The position numbers and the translations under genes were made by a program. Shown here piece by piece: positions 1 through 9,596 of a stretch of 64,000 bases of DNA (the stretch's first letter is position 1; every line of letters starts with the position of its first letter). The notes below the pieces were generated by a model, which saw nothing but the letters and a program-made list of their open reading frames with translations, was not told where the DNA came from and did not search any database. The stretch comes from a virus (Duplodnaviria; Heunggongvirae; Uroviricota; Caudoviricetes): the IMG/VR virus record IMGVR_UViG_3300046008_000242, positions 185,363 to 249,362 of that record; one strand, 5' to 3'.

Positions 1-1214
1 TAATGTCATTGTATCGATTCTTCAACTGTTTAACCATAATCTGATTCATACCCTCTAATTCTTCAGATGACATTAATGCCAAGAACAAATCCAATGTATG
101 GGTTAGACCAGTACTCTCACTGACATTGGTAATATCCATGTCTGTCGAGGTCATACCTTCACGATTCGTTTGCGTGCTTGTAATTATTGGGACTTGATAC
201 TCTACAGCCAATCCTCGCATTTCCTCCGCAATTGATTTAATATACGCGTATGAATTAACACTGTTGCCAAATTTTAATTTCTGAGAAGCACAGATGTTAA
301 GATAATCGATGATAATCATATCTGGTTTGAAATTCTTTTTGATTTTCAATTCTTCAAGTAATGCTCTAAAATGACCAACATGCGCGGAACTGGTTGGGTA
401 TTGTTTGACAATCAATTTGCCCGTAGTCTTATCCATTAGACGTTTCATTCTGGTTTCAAATAATGATTTATCGATTGTCTCAATTTCCGAGATACTAATG
501 TTCAACAAGTTAGCGTCAATACGTTCCGCAATCTTTTCTTCAGCCATCTCCATTGTAATGTATAATACATTCTTATTCTGCATTAGAGTAGAAGCGGCAA
601 TATGGCATTTAACAAGAGATTTACCAACACCGGTAGAAGCAATGAATGCCGATAACGTACCCTTGCCAAGACCATCTTTTGTAATTTTATTGAAGATGGA
701 TAAATCAAATGGTATCTTATCTTCAGTGTGATGGTAATAATTGAATCTCGATTCCCAATCATCAATGTATGAATGACCAATATTGGTATCAAAGGATACA
801 GCCAATGCGTCTGATAAAATGCTTGGTAATGCGTCTTTAGTTACATTCTGTACTTTGCCATCAATGACTTTAATAGAATGCATAATGGCATTGTATAATG
901 CTTTGTCTTGACAGTATTTCTCAGTTTCTTGCGTCAACCATTGGATGTTGATATTTTTATCTGAATATGACGCAACTAGATTTTCAATATCTTTTAATTC
1001 AGAATCAGATACATCTGTTCTATTTGATGATTCAATTTGTAGTATTTGTTTGGTGGGTAATGTATTATATTTGGCAAAATAATCATTAATTTGTTGTAAT
1101 ATAATCTGTTCTGGTCGTTCCTGAAAATAATCTAATTTCAGGAACGGTAACACCTTCCGACAATACTCATCAGAATGTAATAAATTTTCAATAATTACAT
1201 TTTCAATTCTATCC
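1..1214 (-). CDS. 41: DnaB-like replicative primase-helicase gp41, partial (about 404 aa; C-terminus runs off the window start)
   Basis: My own minus-strand translation from the ATG at 1212-1214 gives MMDRIENVIIENLLHSDEYCRKVLPFLKLDYFQERPEQ. It contains a Walker A (GKGTLSAFIASTGVGKSL) and NVLYITMEMAEEKIAERIDANLL, LIVKQYPT, VEYQVPIITSTQTNREG. These blocks are collinear with T4 gp41. This ORF is missing from the track because it is open-ended. Confidence 0.85.
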
Positions 1215-1215
1215 A

Positions 1216-1575
1216 TCATTTAATCTCCAATTGATTCACTGTGTCTTCTACTTCCTTAATTCCTTCTTTTATATCCATCAATGGCATATTGAATTTATGA
1301 TGTTCAGAAAAATCAATTCTTGATACACTAATCCAACCTTTATGGTCGGCTCCATATTCAATATTCCTTAATCGATGGGTATCATATCCTTGGACCAATT
1401 CTAATCCTAAACACTTATCGACTTTAATGAAACGATATAGTTCAGATTTACCGATTTCGACTAAACTGAACCACTTTCCTGCTTTACTCTTGAAATGATT
1501 GAACCTTACATCTTCTACGACCATTTTACTGTTAGGTGTGGGTAAGTCGCTCCCATTAAAATCATTTAAAATCAT
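1216..1575 (-). CDS. hypothetical protein, 119 aa, translationally coupled to gene 41
   Basis: ORF track; its stop overlaps the gene 41 start (ATGA). Confidence 0.5.
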   Translation of the reverse strand: MILNDFNGSDLPTPNSKMVVEDVRFNHFKSKAGKWFSLVEIGKSELYRFIKVDKCLGLELVQGYDTHRLRNIEYGADHKGWISVSRIDFSEHHKFNMPLMDIKEGIKEVEDTVNQLEIK

Positions 1576-1785
1576 TTAAACTCCGATCGATGTTAAATTG
1601 CTGATAAAAAGTTCAGCGTCTGAAAATCTCGTTAAATTGCATTCCAATGAATCTATTATAATGTATTTTTTTGTCGAACTCGGCGATTCATTATTCCATC
1701 TTCTTAACATGGAATTAAACTAAATAAAAATGACAACCGCGAAGTCCACACTTCCGTTGTCTCTAATCACATCTAAAGGAATTTT

Positions 1786-2766
1786 ATGACCAGCAATAAT
1801 ATCTATATCGATAAAATAATCGAATTATCTAACGACAGCCCACAAACAGCAGAGTACATTCTAATCGTATCTAATGCCAGAATCAGAGCATCCACTAAAA
1901 ACGACGCAATTTCAATTTTAGGTTATACGGAAGAACATCATATATTACCCAAATCATTTAAGATGGGCGGAGCGACGGATAAATTGAATTATGCCTATCT
2001 ATCGGCAAGAGAACATTATCGAGCCCATCAATTGTTATTAGAGATGGGATTAAAACGTAATTTACACGAGAAGATGATACACGCATTTTGGTTGTTATGC
2101 ATCGATGGTAAACACAAGTTCATATCCGAAGAAGAATACCGAGAATTGAAGATTTTAAGAAGCGATAATCATAATATGAAAGATCCAGAATGTATCCAAA
2201 AACGTCGAGATAATAATTTGGAGAACACTGGATTCACCCATCCTATGAAAAATCCAGAATGTAAAGAAAAAAGTAGAAATACTAATTTGGAGAAAACTGG
2301 ATACGACAATCCTATGCAAAATCCAGAATGTAAAGAAAAGAAGAAACGCACCTTGGAAATAAAATATAGTAGACCATTGGTTATACAAATTGAACAAGAT
2401 ATAGAAAAATATAATATTATTAATCCAAGAAAAATTATGGGAATTAAATGCACCGATTGGAGACAAGTCGATTATGAAAAACTAGAAGAATGTTCTGTCA
2501 ATTTCTATAAATTTTTAGATGAACGTAAAATCAAGATAAAAGAATACGAATGTAGGATAAACGAGATTAGTTCCGCGTTTAAATCAATAGATGATAAACA
2601 ATCCTTAATGGATTATATCATAGAAATCAAGGATTTTTATAACATACCAAATCACACTGGTGTAATGGAAGTATGTCACAACTGGAAGAGATTAAATGTA
2701 ATAAAATTACAAATTGCATTAGGAAAATTGTTGAAACATACTATTGATAAATTTTATATGAATTAG
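1786..2766 (+). CDS. Mob-like HNH homing endonuclease, free-standing, opposite strand to its neighbours
   Basis: EEHHILPKS and AREHYRAH motifs typical of T4 Mob/HNH_3 enzymes. Three tandem NPECKEK(S/K)RNTNLEKTG peptide repeats. ATG at 1786. Confidence 0.75.
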   Translation: MTSNNIYIDKIIELSNDSPQTAEYILIVSNARIRASTKNDAISILGYTEEHHILPKSFKMGGATDKLNYAYLSAREHYRAHQLLLEMGLKRNLHEKMIHAFWLLCIDGKHKFISEEEYRELKILRSDNHNMKDPECIQKRRDNNLENTGFTHPMKNPECKEKSRNTNLEKTGYDNPMQNPECKEKKKRTLEIKYSRPLVIQIEQDIEKYNIINPRKIMGIKCTDWRQVDYEKLEECSVNFYKFLDERKIKIKEYECRINEISSAFKSIDDKQSLMDYIIEIKDFYNIPNHTGVMEVCHNWKRLNVIKLQIALGKLLKHTIDKFYMN

Positions 2767-2833
2767 ACAGACTGATATTAAAGGACAATCGGGTCTTGAC
2801 AGACAGCAGAGAAACCCAAGATAGAACCTTCAT

Positions 2834-2867
2834 TAAAAATCCCACTCAGAAATCAATCTGGCGGGAT
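2834..2867 (-). terminator. intrinsic terminator (minus strand)
   Basis: Minus-strand hairpin AUCCCGCCAGA...UCUGAGUGGGAU followed by a UUUUUAAUG run. Same family as the terminators at 24.4, 24.8, 25.3 and 28.9 kb. Confidence 0.5.
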
Positions 2868-3043
2868 CTAAATGGAGTCGAGTATTTTTACATGTATATT
2901 GTTGCACTGACTACGCTAAATCCGTCGAACATCGAGCCATGATCTAATCCTAGACCATTTCTTGAGTAAATAAAGAAGAGGGTTCGACTAATAATTGTGG
3001 ATATCGTATTCAAAATTTTCAAATTTGTTAATTTGTAGATGTT

Positions 3044-3577
3044 TCATAGATATAATGCATGGAAGTCTAATTTTGGTTCAAAATTATTCAATCTCAAAGA
3101 TGTCACAATAACGACAATAAGATTTTCATGGGACACGGAACGACCAACAAATCTATCGTCGATGAAAATATCATAACAATCAAATCTTTTTGTATAAACC
3201 AGCAATTTCTTATGTTTACCAAATCCAAAGAATGAGTTCTTACTTGGTAAAGAGAACTCAAAAGAAAACCCATCTTTCTTATTGTATGAAAAATGGGTTG
3301 ATTTGGCTGATAATGTGTTTCTTAGATAAGGAATTACATATTCCTTTTTAGATTCAATTTCTTTGGTAATTCTTTGTATAAACAATTGTTCTAATTCATG
3401 TACATCCTTTACATTGAGTATTGATTTACCGTCTTTAAATGGTAAATCATATCCTTTAGATTCCAAAGGAATTACAGACCATTTGCTGAAATGATTGGAT
3501 AAAAGAAATACTTCTCCATCAAATGTAATGTCGAAGTATTCTAGTAATGTTTTATTGTTTAAAATATCTGTTGTCAT
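3044..3577 (-). CDS. hypothetical protein, 177 aa
   Basis: ORF track; minus-strand gene string. Confidence 0.5.
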   Translation of the reverse strand: MTTDILNNKTLLEYFDITFDGEVFLLSNHFSKWSVIPLESKGYDLPFKDGKSILNVKDVHELEQLFIQRITKEIESKKEYVIPYLRNTLSAKSTHFSYNKKDGFSFEFSLPSKNSFFGFGKHKKLLVYTKRFDCYDIFIDDRFVGRSVSHENLIVVIVTSLRLNNFEPKLDFHALYL

Positions 3578-3991
3578 TTATTCCCCATAAGATAAACTAT
3601 TCCACTCAATAATCACTTCATTGAGTTTTTGTCTGATTGTCAAGATATTATCAACGTCTACTTCAATTGTTGAAAATTCCATACAAAAATCAATAAATCC
3701 TTCTTTTACATCAACTTTTTCTAATGACGTTGAACCATTAAAATAGACAGTTGAATCATTATTAAATCCAATACAAACCCCATCAACATAGATTTTAATC
3801 ATACCAGAAGGAGTTACATGGATCCAAGGAGTTCCTTTATAAGAAAGAGTTTTACCGACATTCATTGATTGTGACATATTGAAAGATGACACTTTCAATG
3901 TTCCGTATCCGCCAAAGAAGAACTTTTTGAGAATACCTTTACGGAACATTGAAGTTTCTGAATCGATTAAAGATTGAATTGAGTTTGTCAT
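3578..3991 (-). CDS. hypothetical protein, 137 aa
   Basis: ORF track; abuts the upstream gene. Confidence 0.5.
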   Translation of the reverse strand: MTNSIQSLIDSETSMFRKGILKKFFFGGYGTLKVSSFNMSQSMNVGKTLSYKGTPWIHVTPSGMIKIYVDGVCIGFNNDSTVYFNGSTSLEKVDVKEGFIDFCMEFSTIEVDVDNILTIRQKLNEVIIEWNSLSYGE

Positions 3992-4063
3992 TTGTAGATC
4001 CTCGAAATAAGATAATAAAGTAATTAGATTCTATTATAGTGATTTTCGAGGAGTTCGAAAGAT

Positions 4064-4255
4064 TTATTTTAGTAATGATTCTAATGCAATAATAACTAAA
4101 GCACCTAATCCAGCGAACAATCCTAAAGTTGCTAAGATAATCCATGGAACCATCAATGGTAAGAAGACCCACCACCAAGATAATGTAATCAATTCCAAAA
4201 GTTTAAGAACCAATAATACCAAAAATGTTACCGCATATAAATTATTCATGTTCAA
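4064..4255 (-). CDS. small membrane protein, 63 aa
   Basis: Hydrophobic ORF with WWW and a GLFAGLGALVIIAL helix. An overlapping alternative ORF 3939..4178 also exists. Confidence 0.4.
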   Translation of the reverse strand: MNMNNLYAVTFLVLLVLKLLELITLSWWWVFLPLMVPWIILATLGLFAGLGALVIIALESLLK

Positions 4256-4539
4256 CTCAAGATTGCCAATACGTCATCTTCTCGCATAATCAATAACGTT
4301 TCACCGTCAATTTTTGCTTCGATACCAGAATTTCTACCAAACAAAACTTTATCACCAACTGAGATAGACATTGAACGTAAATCTCCATTTTCCAACGATT
4401 TACCAGATCCAACTTCTAATACAACACCTTGACAAGGTTTCTCTGTTCCAGCTGTAGTCAGGATAAGACCACCAGCAGATGTAGTTTCAACATCAACTCG
4501 TTTTACAACAATTTTATCATATAATGGTTTAATGCTCAT
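4252..4539 (-). CDS. groES: GroES/Cpn10 co-chaperonin
   Basis: 95 aa. MSIKPLYDKIVVKR...AGGLIL...GVVLEVGSG...GDLRSMSISVGDKVLFGR is near-collinear with bacterial GroES (mobile loop, roof hairpin) and much closer to cellular GroES than to T4 gp31. Confidence 0.8.
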   Translation of the reverse strand: MSIKPLYDKIVVKRVDVETTSAGGLILTTAGTEKPCQGVVLEVGSGKSLENGDLRSMSISVGDKVLFGRNSGIEAKIDGETLLIMREDDVLAILS

Positions 4540-4548
4540 TTTTAATTC

Positions 4549-5250
4549 CTATTTTGCGATTACTGTAAATTCATTTTCAGAAATTCGATAATGTGTAATA
4601 TATTCTTTATTTAAGCGTTGTTCAACAATTTCTTGGATTGACATACGACTTGGATAACTTCTGGTTATTAAATCGCCAGTTATATTATATACACCAAAAT
4701 CTTTTTTAAATGTATATTGACGTACATATTTTGGTTTGGATAAAAATTCAATGATTTCTGGGACAGTGTTACAATCTTGTTGTCTTGATAATCCATCAGA
4801 ACATTTATCTTTATGATTTGTAACAAAATACAATCCTTTAACACTTTCATTCACTCTGATATGAGCTGAGATTGAATTGTCATTCCATAATTCAATCCAT
4901 GTATCCAATAATTTACCAGAACGAATAACGTCATTTTTAATCTTAACTTGAAAATTTGATTGAATCTCTCTATTGTTATATACATCCAACAATAATTGGT
5001 TCTTATCGACAATCTTCTCAAGACCAGCATGAGTTGCAATCATTGTAACAAATTCATTCAAATCGTTTTTATTGACTTCGATATAATTGATATCATCTGT
5101 TCCGAAGATCTTAACTTGTTCTGACGGATTGTCATAATGGTCTGCAATCATATATACACATTCATAATCGTAATCTAAATGAGTTTGTGTAATTCCATCT
5201 TCTGTAGATTGTTTTAATTTCAACGCCATTTTATTCTCCAAATTGTTCAA
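4549..5250 (-). CDS. hypothetical protein, 233 aa
   Basis: ORF track. Confidence 0.5.
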   Translation of the reverse strand: MNNLENKMALKLKQSTEDGITQTHLDYDYECVYMIADHYDNPSEQVKIFGTDDINYIEVNKNDLNEFVTMIATHAGLEKIVDKNQLLLDVYNNREIQSNFQVKIKNDVIRSGKLLDTWIELWNDNSISAHIRVNESVKGLYFVTNHKDKCSDGLSRQQDCNTVPEIIEFLSKPKYVRQYTFKKDFGVYNITGDLITRSYPSRMSIQEIVEQRLNKEYITHYRISENEFTVIAK

Positions 5251-5283
5251 TTTCTAAATGTAACCATTTATATTCAAATGATT

Positions 5284-5931
5284 TTAACTCTTCAAGTAAA
5301 TCATGTTCGCCAATTTTTCTGTAAAATAATCATCATACGTCCCTTCTGAATAATAGTAAGAATCATTGACGTAATCTGCATCCAATTCTCCAAATAATTG
5401 TTTTACCACAAATTCAGAACATTCTTGTTCTGTAATCTCAGAATCACTAATCCAATATCTCAATGAAATCTTAGATGTATAACAAGCGTTCGAAATACGT
5501 TCCACCAATGGAGTAAATTCATCCGAACTTAATACAAGAACATTATCTCGTTCCTTGAATTCTTTAAGTTTGATGTAACCAGAAAATTCAATTGTATTAC
5601 TCATATCATTTATCTCTGATTGTATTGTTGTAGAAATTGTATAATGTACAGCAGAAATCTCAATCAACAATTCTGGGGCATTAGAGTAGAAATAAGATGA
5701 ATTGGTTGAACAGACTAACAATCTCATGTCGTCTAATGTGATACAAATTCTGTCTTCATGGTATCCAGGAAACCAGATAACAATCTCACCATTATCTGTT
5801 GTAAAGTTCACTTTGGCAGAAACTTCTTCACCAAGTTGTTCCATGATAGATTTGGCGATATGACCAGTTAATACATTTCTTCCGATTCTGTAAGCAGATA
5901 CCAATCCAACCAATTTATTTTCATTTGACAT
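5284..5931 (-). CDS. hypothetical protein, 215 aa
   Basis: ORF track. Confidence 0.5.
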   Translation of the reverse strand: MSNENKLVGLVSAYRIGRNVLTGHIAKSIMEQLGEEVSAKVNFTTDNGEIVIWFPGYHEDRICITLDDMRLLVCSTNSSYFYSNAPELLIEISAVHYTISTTIQSEINDMSNTIEFSGYIKLKEFKERDNVLVLSSDEFTPLVERISNACYTSKISLRYWISDSEITEQECSEFVVKQLFGELDADYVNDSYYYSEGTYDDYFTEKLANMIYLKS

Positions 5932-6014
5932 TTTTAAATCCTTCTTTTAATTTGATGTAAATTTAAACCTCAAGAGTATTATAATCGATTTCAGATAAGA
6001 TTAAAAGATTATTT

Positions 6015-6386
6015 TTACATTCCTTTGATTGAACCATTAACAGTCGAAACTTCACCTTGGACACTTCCACCAATCTTAACGGATCCATTGGTAGTTTTTA
6101 CATTACCCAAAACGATTCCATCTACTTGTACGTTACCATTGGTTGTCTCAACATTATCCACATTTCCTTGTACAATAATCTTATCGCAAATATCTACATT
6201 TAATGATTCGATATCACCATTGATTTGTATATTGATATTCTTATCATCAGACGATTCTTGAATTTTATCATCAATATACACTTTACCGTTGGCAACTCTA
6301 ACATTGGTTCCAGAACCATAATTCTTACCATTTACAATGATAGAACCACCAACATTATCTGAATTAGATTTATTCCAGAACGCCAT
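6015..6386 (-). CDS. bactofilin-like (polymer-forming, beta-helical repeat) protein
   Basis: Short V/N/G repeats (NGKVYIDD, IQINGDIES, VQGNVDNVETTNGNVQVDGIVLGNVKTTNGSVKIGGSVQGEVSTVNGSIKG) resemble the bactofilin DUF583 repeat. The track start at 6422 is a TTG; the first ATG is at 6386 (MAFWNK). Confidence 0.4.
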   Translation of the reverse strand: MAFWNKSNSDNVGGSIIVNGKNYGSGTNVRVANGKVYIDDKIQESSDDKNINIQINGDIESLNVDICDKIIVQGNVDNVETTNGNVQVDGIVLGNVKTTNGSVKIGGSVQGEVSTVNGSIKGM

Positions 6387-6387
6387 C

Positions 6388-7077
6388 TTATCTCTCCATC
6401 TTCTTAAAAATGTTATTAACAATCAAAGGAACTTGCTCTCCTGCCTTACCTTGGAAGAACTCAAATTCATTATATACATGTTCTGGTTTATTAGGGTCTA
6501 CCAGTAAAATCTTACAATCTTTAGACACAGCATCAACCAGACTGGCGGCAGGATAAACTGACAATGATGTTCCAACCACAACAAGATAATCAAATTGTTC
6601 TTGTTTAATCATATCATAAACAGAATGGAATTCAGTTACATCTTCATGGAAGAATACAATATGTGGTCTTAACTGATTACCTTGTTCGGATAATGTTCCG
6701 ACAAACATATCATCATTCCAATCATATACAAATCCTGTTACCATATCTCTTGCTTTCAGTAATTCGCCATGTAGATGGATTACTCTAGTTGAACCTGCTC
6801 TCTCATGTAAATTATCAACATTAGAAGTAATCACTGTTACATCATGATATTGTTCCAATTCCTTGATAGCATAATGAGCTGGATTTGGTTCAACAGTCTG
6901 AACTTCCTTACGTCGTTTGTTATAGAATTCATGAACCAATTCAGGAGTTTCTCTAAGAGCCTTTGGTGTACATACATCTTCAATCTTGTAGTTGTTCCAT
7001 AATCCATCTGAATCTCTAAAGGTACTCAATCCTGATTCGGCTGATACACCCGCTCCAGTTAAAAATAAAATATTCAT
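6388..7077 (-). CDS. Sir2-family (sirtuin-like) NAD-dependent enzyme lacking the Zn ribbon
   Basis: GAGVSAESGLSTFR (NAD-binding), TSNVDNLHERAG, IHLHGEL (catalytic His). The segment where CobB and Sir2 carry CxxC...CxxC has no cysteine. Confidence 0.75.
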   Translation of the reverse strand: MNILFLTGAGVSAESGLSTFRDSDGLWNNYKIEDVCTPKALRETPELVHEFYNKRRKEVQTVEPNPAHYAIKELEQYHDVTVITSNVDNLHERAGSTRVIHLHGELLKARDMVTGFVYDWNDDMFVGTLSEQGNQLRPHIVFFHEDVTEFHSVYDMIKQEQFDYLVVVGTSLSVYPAASLVDAVSKDCKILLVDPNKPEHVYNEFEFFQGKAGEQVPLIVNNIFKKMER

Positions 7078-7721
7078 ACAATTTCTCTAAATAATTGATA
7101 ATCTTTGATTCTTCTAAGAGCCAAAATGTTATATTGTTCCGCTTGTAATTCAATATCGATTACATTTCTAAATAAATCCAATGAACTTTGGTTTAAATTC
7201 TCAACAACCAATACATCAGTGTCAGCAAGATAAACTTTAGATCTATGGTCGGTTTCAATAATGTAAATCAAACTTTTAAGAATCTCGTTACCTTTCGCTA
7301 CGATAAACCTTTGGTAACATTCTGGTAATTTACCAAATAACATATTACTCCAATGTTTGTAATATCTCCATAATTCAGTAGAGAAATGTTCAGATTTCTT
7401 ATATCCGGATACAATATCTAACATTTCTTTGATTTCAGGATTAAAATCTGTATATTTCAACATAATTGTTATATATAAACCATTAAATGTAATCTCAGAA
7501 AAATTACCTTCATATACACCAGGTTGAACATATGTTTTAACCAACGGAAGATCTTTATATACAGGAACTCCAGCATCATGCGTCGGCAATTTAGTTTTAA
7601 GAACAATTTCTAATACATCATAAAAGAATCTGTTTGATTCCTGCAGTCCGTCTTCTAAATCATATTTGTTTTTAATTACCAAATCTAAAAATCTTGATTG
7701 AATTGTGTTCATGTTATACAT
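7074..7721 (-). CDS. hypothetical protein, 215 aa, translationally coupled upstream of Sir2
   Basis: ORF track; ATGA overlap with the Sir2 gene start. Confidence 0.5.
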   Translation of the reverse strand: MYNMNTIQSRFLDLVIKNKYDLEDGLQESNRFFYDVLEIVLKTKLPTHDAGVPVYKDLPLVKTYVQPGVYEGNFSEITFNGLYITIMLKYTDFNPEIKEMLDIVSGYKKSEHFSTELWRYYKHWSNMLFGKLPECYQRFIVAKGNEILKSLIYIIETDHRSKVYLADTDVLVVENLNQSSLDLFRNVIDIELQAEQYNILALRRIKDYQLFREIV

Positions 7722-7782
7722 TTCCTTTAAGTTAAAATCTAATTGAATTATATTGTTATTTTAATGTTTCGAAAGAAGAATA

Positions 7783-8151
7783 TCACCAACAAAATGATAA
7801 TAACATGGCATTGTTGACGTATTTGTGATTAAAATCTTCCCAAGACACACTAGAGTAACCATATTCATGCACCAATTTTTGTTGGATTGCGTACATAAAG
7901 ATAGAACGATTATTTGGTAAGAACACTTCTGGGTCGTTAATAATGTAATCTTCATACAATTCTTTATGGAATGTCTGTTGTTGGTACGAAGATAAAATAC
8001 CATCTGGTACAAATTCATCATAAACCAATACAGTGAATCTTTTACCACCATTGGATGCCTTCTTCTTAACCTTATTATCTAATTTCCTGAAGAACTTATC
8101 CAATTTATAATCTAATGTGGTATATTGTTGTAATTCTCTACTTGTAATCAT
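7783..8151 (-). CDS. hypothetical protein, 122 aa
   Basis: ORF track. Confidence 0.45.
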   Translation of the reverse strand: MITSRELQQYTTLDYKLDKFFRKLDNKVKKKASNGGKRFTVLVYDEFVPDGILSSYQQQTFHKELYEDYIINDPEVFLPNNRSIFMYAIQQKLVHEYGYSSVSWEDFNHKYVNNAMLLSFCW

Positions 8152-8461
8152 TTGTATCCTTATGAAATAATCTAATTAAATTTGCGAATATCAAACCCTG
8201 ATAGAAAGGATGTAATGTATTATAATCTATGTTATCAGTCCCTCCAAATACATCAAAGAAATCAACAGTTTTTATAATTCCATCTTCTATTTCAACTTCT
8301 GCGTATTTCCAACCGCCAAAACAATAATCAATTTGATGTTCTCCAGAAGGAATATCTATTAACATTTCACCATTATTATGTTCAGAATGATGGATGTCTG
8401 GAATGTCTTCATCAGAATCTTCATTTTCATACCAATACAACATTCTACTGTATCTCATCAA
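8138..8461 (-). CDS. hypothetical protein, 107 aa
   Basis: ORF track. Confidence 0.45.
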   Translation of the reverse strand: MMRYSRMLYWYENEDSDEDIPDIHHSEHNNGEMLIDIPSGEHQIDYCFGGWKYAEVEIEDGIIKTVDFFDVFGGTDNIDYNTLHPFYQGLIFANLIRLFHKDTNDYK

Positions 8462-8835
8462 TCAAATCTCTTATAGTTAAAAATAAAATCAGTCTGACTA
8501 TCATTCATTAATTGTACAATACGTTCTCCATCCACATGGAACGCATCGGATACATATATTTCTTTGGTATGGTCTGTAATCTGTTCCCAATAACCATGCC
8601 AATAATACAAGGCAATCATCAATGATTCAGGAACGGATGATTCAACATCTTCCTCATTAATCATATGACCAGTTTCTGGATCCCATAATCCAGAAGAACT
8701 ATAATCAGGAAATACATTAATACGTTTTGGTTTCTTCATTTTGTCCATAATTTCCATCATCTTGTAATAGGATTCTCTCTTGTCCTTCTGGAGGTTGATA
8801 ATCTCATCCGCAGTCAACATTCTTCTCTCAGTCAT
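8458..8835 (-). CDS. hypothetical protein, 125 aa
   Basis: ORF track. Confidence 0.45.
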   Translation of the reverse strand: MTERRMLTADEIINLQKDKRESYYKMMEIMDKMKKPKRINVFPDYSSSGLWDPETGHMINEEDVESSVPESLMIALYYWHGYWEQITDHTKEIYVSDAFHVDGERIVQLMNDSQTDFIFNYKRFD

Positions 8836-8887
8836 TATTTCTCCACAGGAATAAACAATTCATCTAATGATTTCAATGTAATATACA

Positions 8888-8952
8888 CCCTTGAAACTCC
8901 TCTAATTGATTAACATGGTTCTATTATAAATGTTTTACCAATCATCGAAAAG
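8888..8952 (-). promoter_or_regulatory. PeSL-like early promoter cassette (variant)
   Basis: Minus strand reads CTTTTCGATG-N-TATAAT AGAACC, about 50 bp upstream of the 8835 start. Same architecture as the main repeated cassette. Confidence 0.4.
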
Positions 8953-8964
8953 TTTTTCTTTATC

Positions 8965-9002
8965 CAATAAAAAACCTTGCTGATATTTCTACCAACAAGG
9001 TT
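8965..9002 (-). terminator. intrinsic terminator
   Basis: Minus-strand hairpin CCUUGUUGGUAGAAAUAUCAGCAAGG plus UUUUUUAUUGG, downstream of the gene ending at 9072. Confidence 0.5.
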
Positions 9003-9071
9003 CTCCATTACTTATTAAATGTATCCCAGATAGACGACAATATCACGTATCCAATCAACACCAATGTCATC

Positions 9072-9596
9072 TCAATCATACACATACTCTAATGTATCAG
9101 TCTTCAAACCGTTCTCGATAATATCACAAAGAACATCTCCAACATACATCTCAAACTCTTCATCGATTGTTCCTACTCCATCAGGAACATAATGTACATT
9201 ATACTTGAATCCCAACTCTCTATCGTCAGATTCAATAGGTGGTATATGTATATCCTCGTATGACACAATATATCCATTAAACTTACCCTTCAACTCAACT
9301 GCTGTAATCTTATCACCTAAGTCATTGATATAACTGATTACTTCATACTTGTTAGCCGTTGGCTGTAAATCTTTCATGATAATCGGAATTGCTGAGATTT
9401 CAATGGTGTTATCGTATTGGTCTTCGACGGTAATGTTATCGTATCCAATTTTGTTAAGATGATTGATTACTTGGTCGAATCGCTGGTCATCTGTTATATC
9501 GGGAAATGTTGACAACTCTCTGATATTTGACTCTTGGTCTTCGATTACAATTGAATCTTCTAAGTATCTTACAGTGAAATTAGTCATCCAAATCAT
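9072..9596 (-). CDS. hypothetical protein, 174 aa, directly downstream of uvsX (the gene 40 position in T4 order)
   Basis: ORF track; overlaps the uvsX stop. No recognisable motif. Confidence 0.5.
   Translation of the reverse strand: MIWMTNFTVRYLEDSIVIEDQESNIRELSTFPDITDDQRFDQVINHLNKIGYDNITVEDQYDNTIEISAIPIIMKDLQPTANKYEVISYINDLGDKITAVELKGKFNGYIVSYEDIHIPPIESDDRELGFKYNVHYVPDGVGTIDEEFEMYVGDVLCDIIENGLKTDTLEYVYD

Noticed and set aside
405-792. Track ORFs 405..731 (+) and 583..792 (-)
   Set aside because: Both fall inside the gene 41 coding sequence on the minus strand, whose translation matches gp41 throughout. They are low-complexity chance ORFs.
2155-2466. Minus-strand ORFs inside the HNH gene 1786..2766
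   Set aside because: They are antisense to a motif-bearing HNH ORF. Their hydrophobic, low-complexity translation comes from the AT-rich repeats.
2960-3000. tRNA genes suggested by GGTTCGA(C/A)T-like T-loop strings (also near 24867 and 25305)
   Set aside because: The flanking sequence cannot form a T-stem or acceptor stem, and no cloverleaf is possible. These strings are part of the conserved tail of the repeat unit just before the terminator hairpin.
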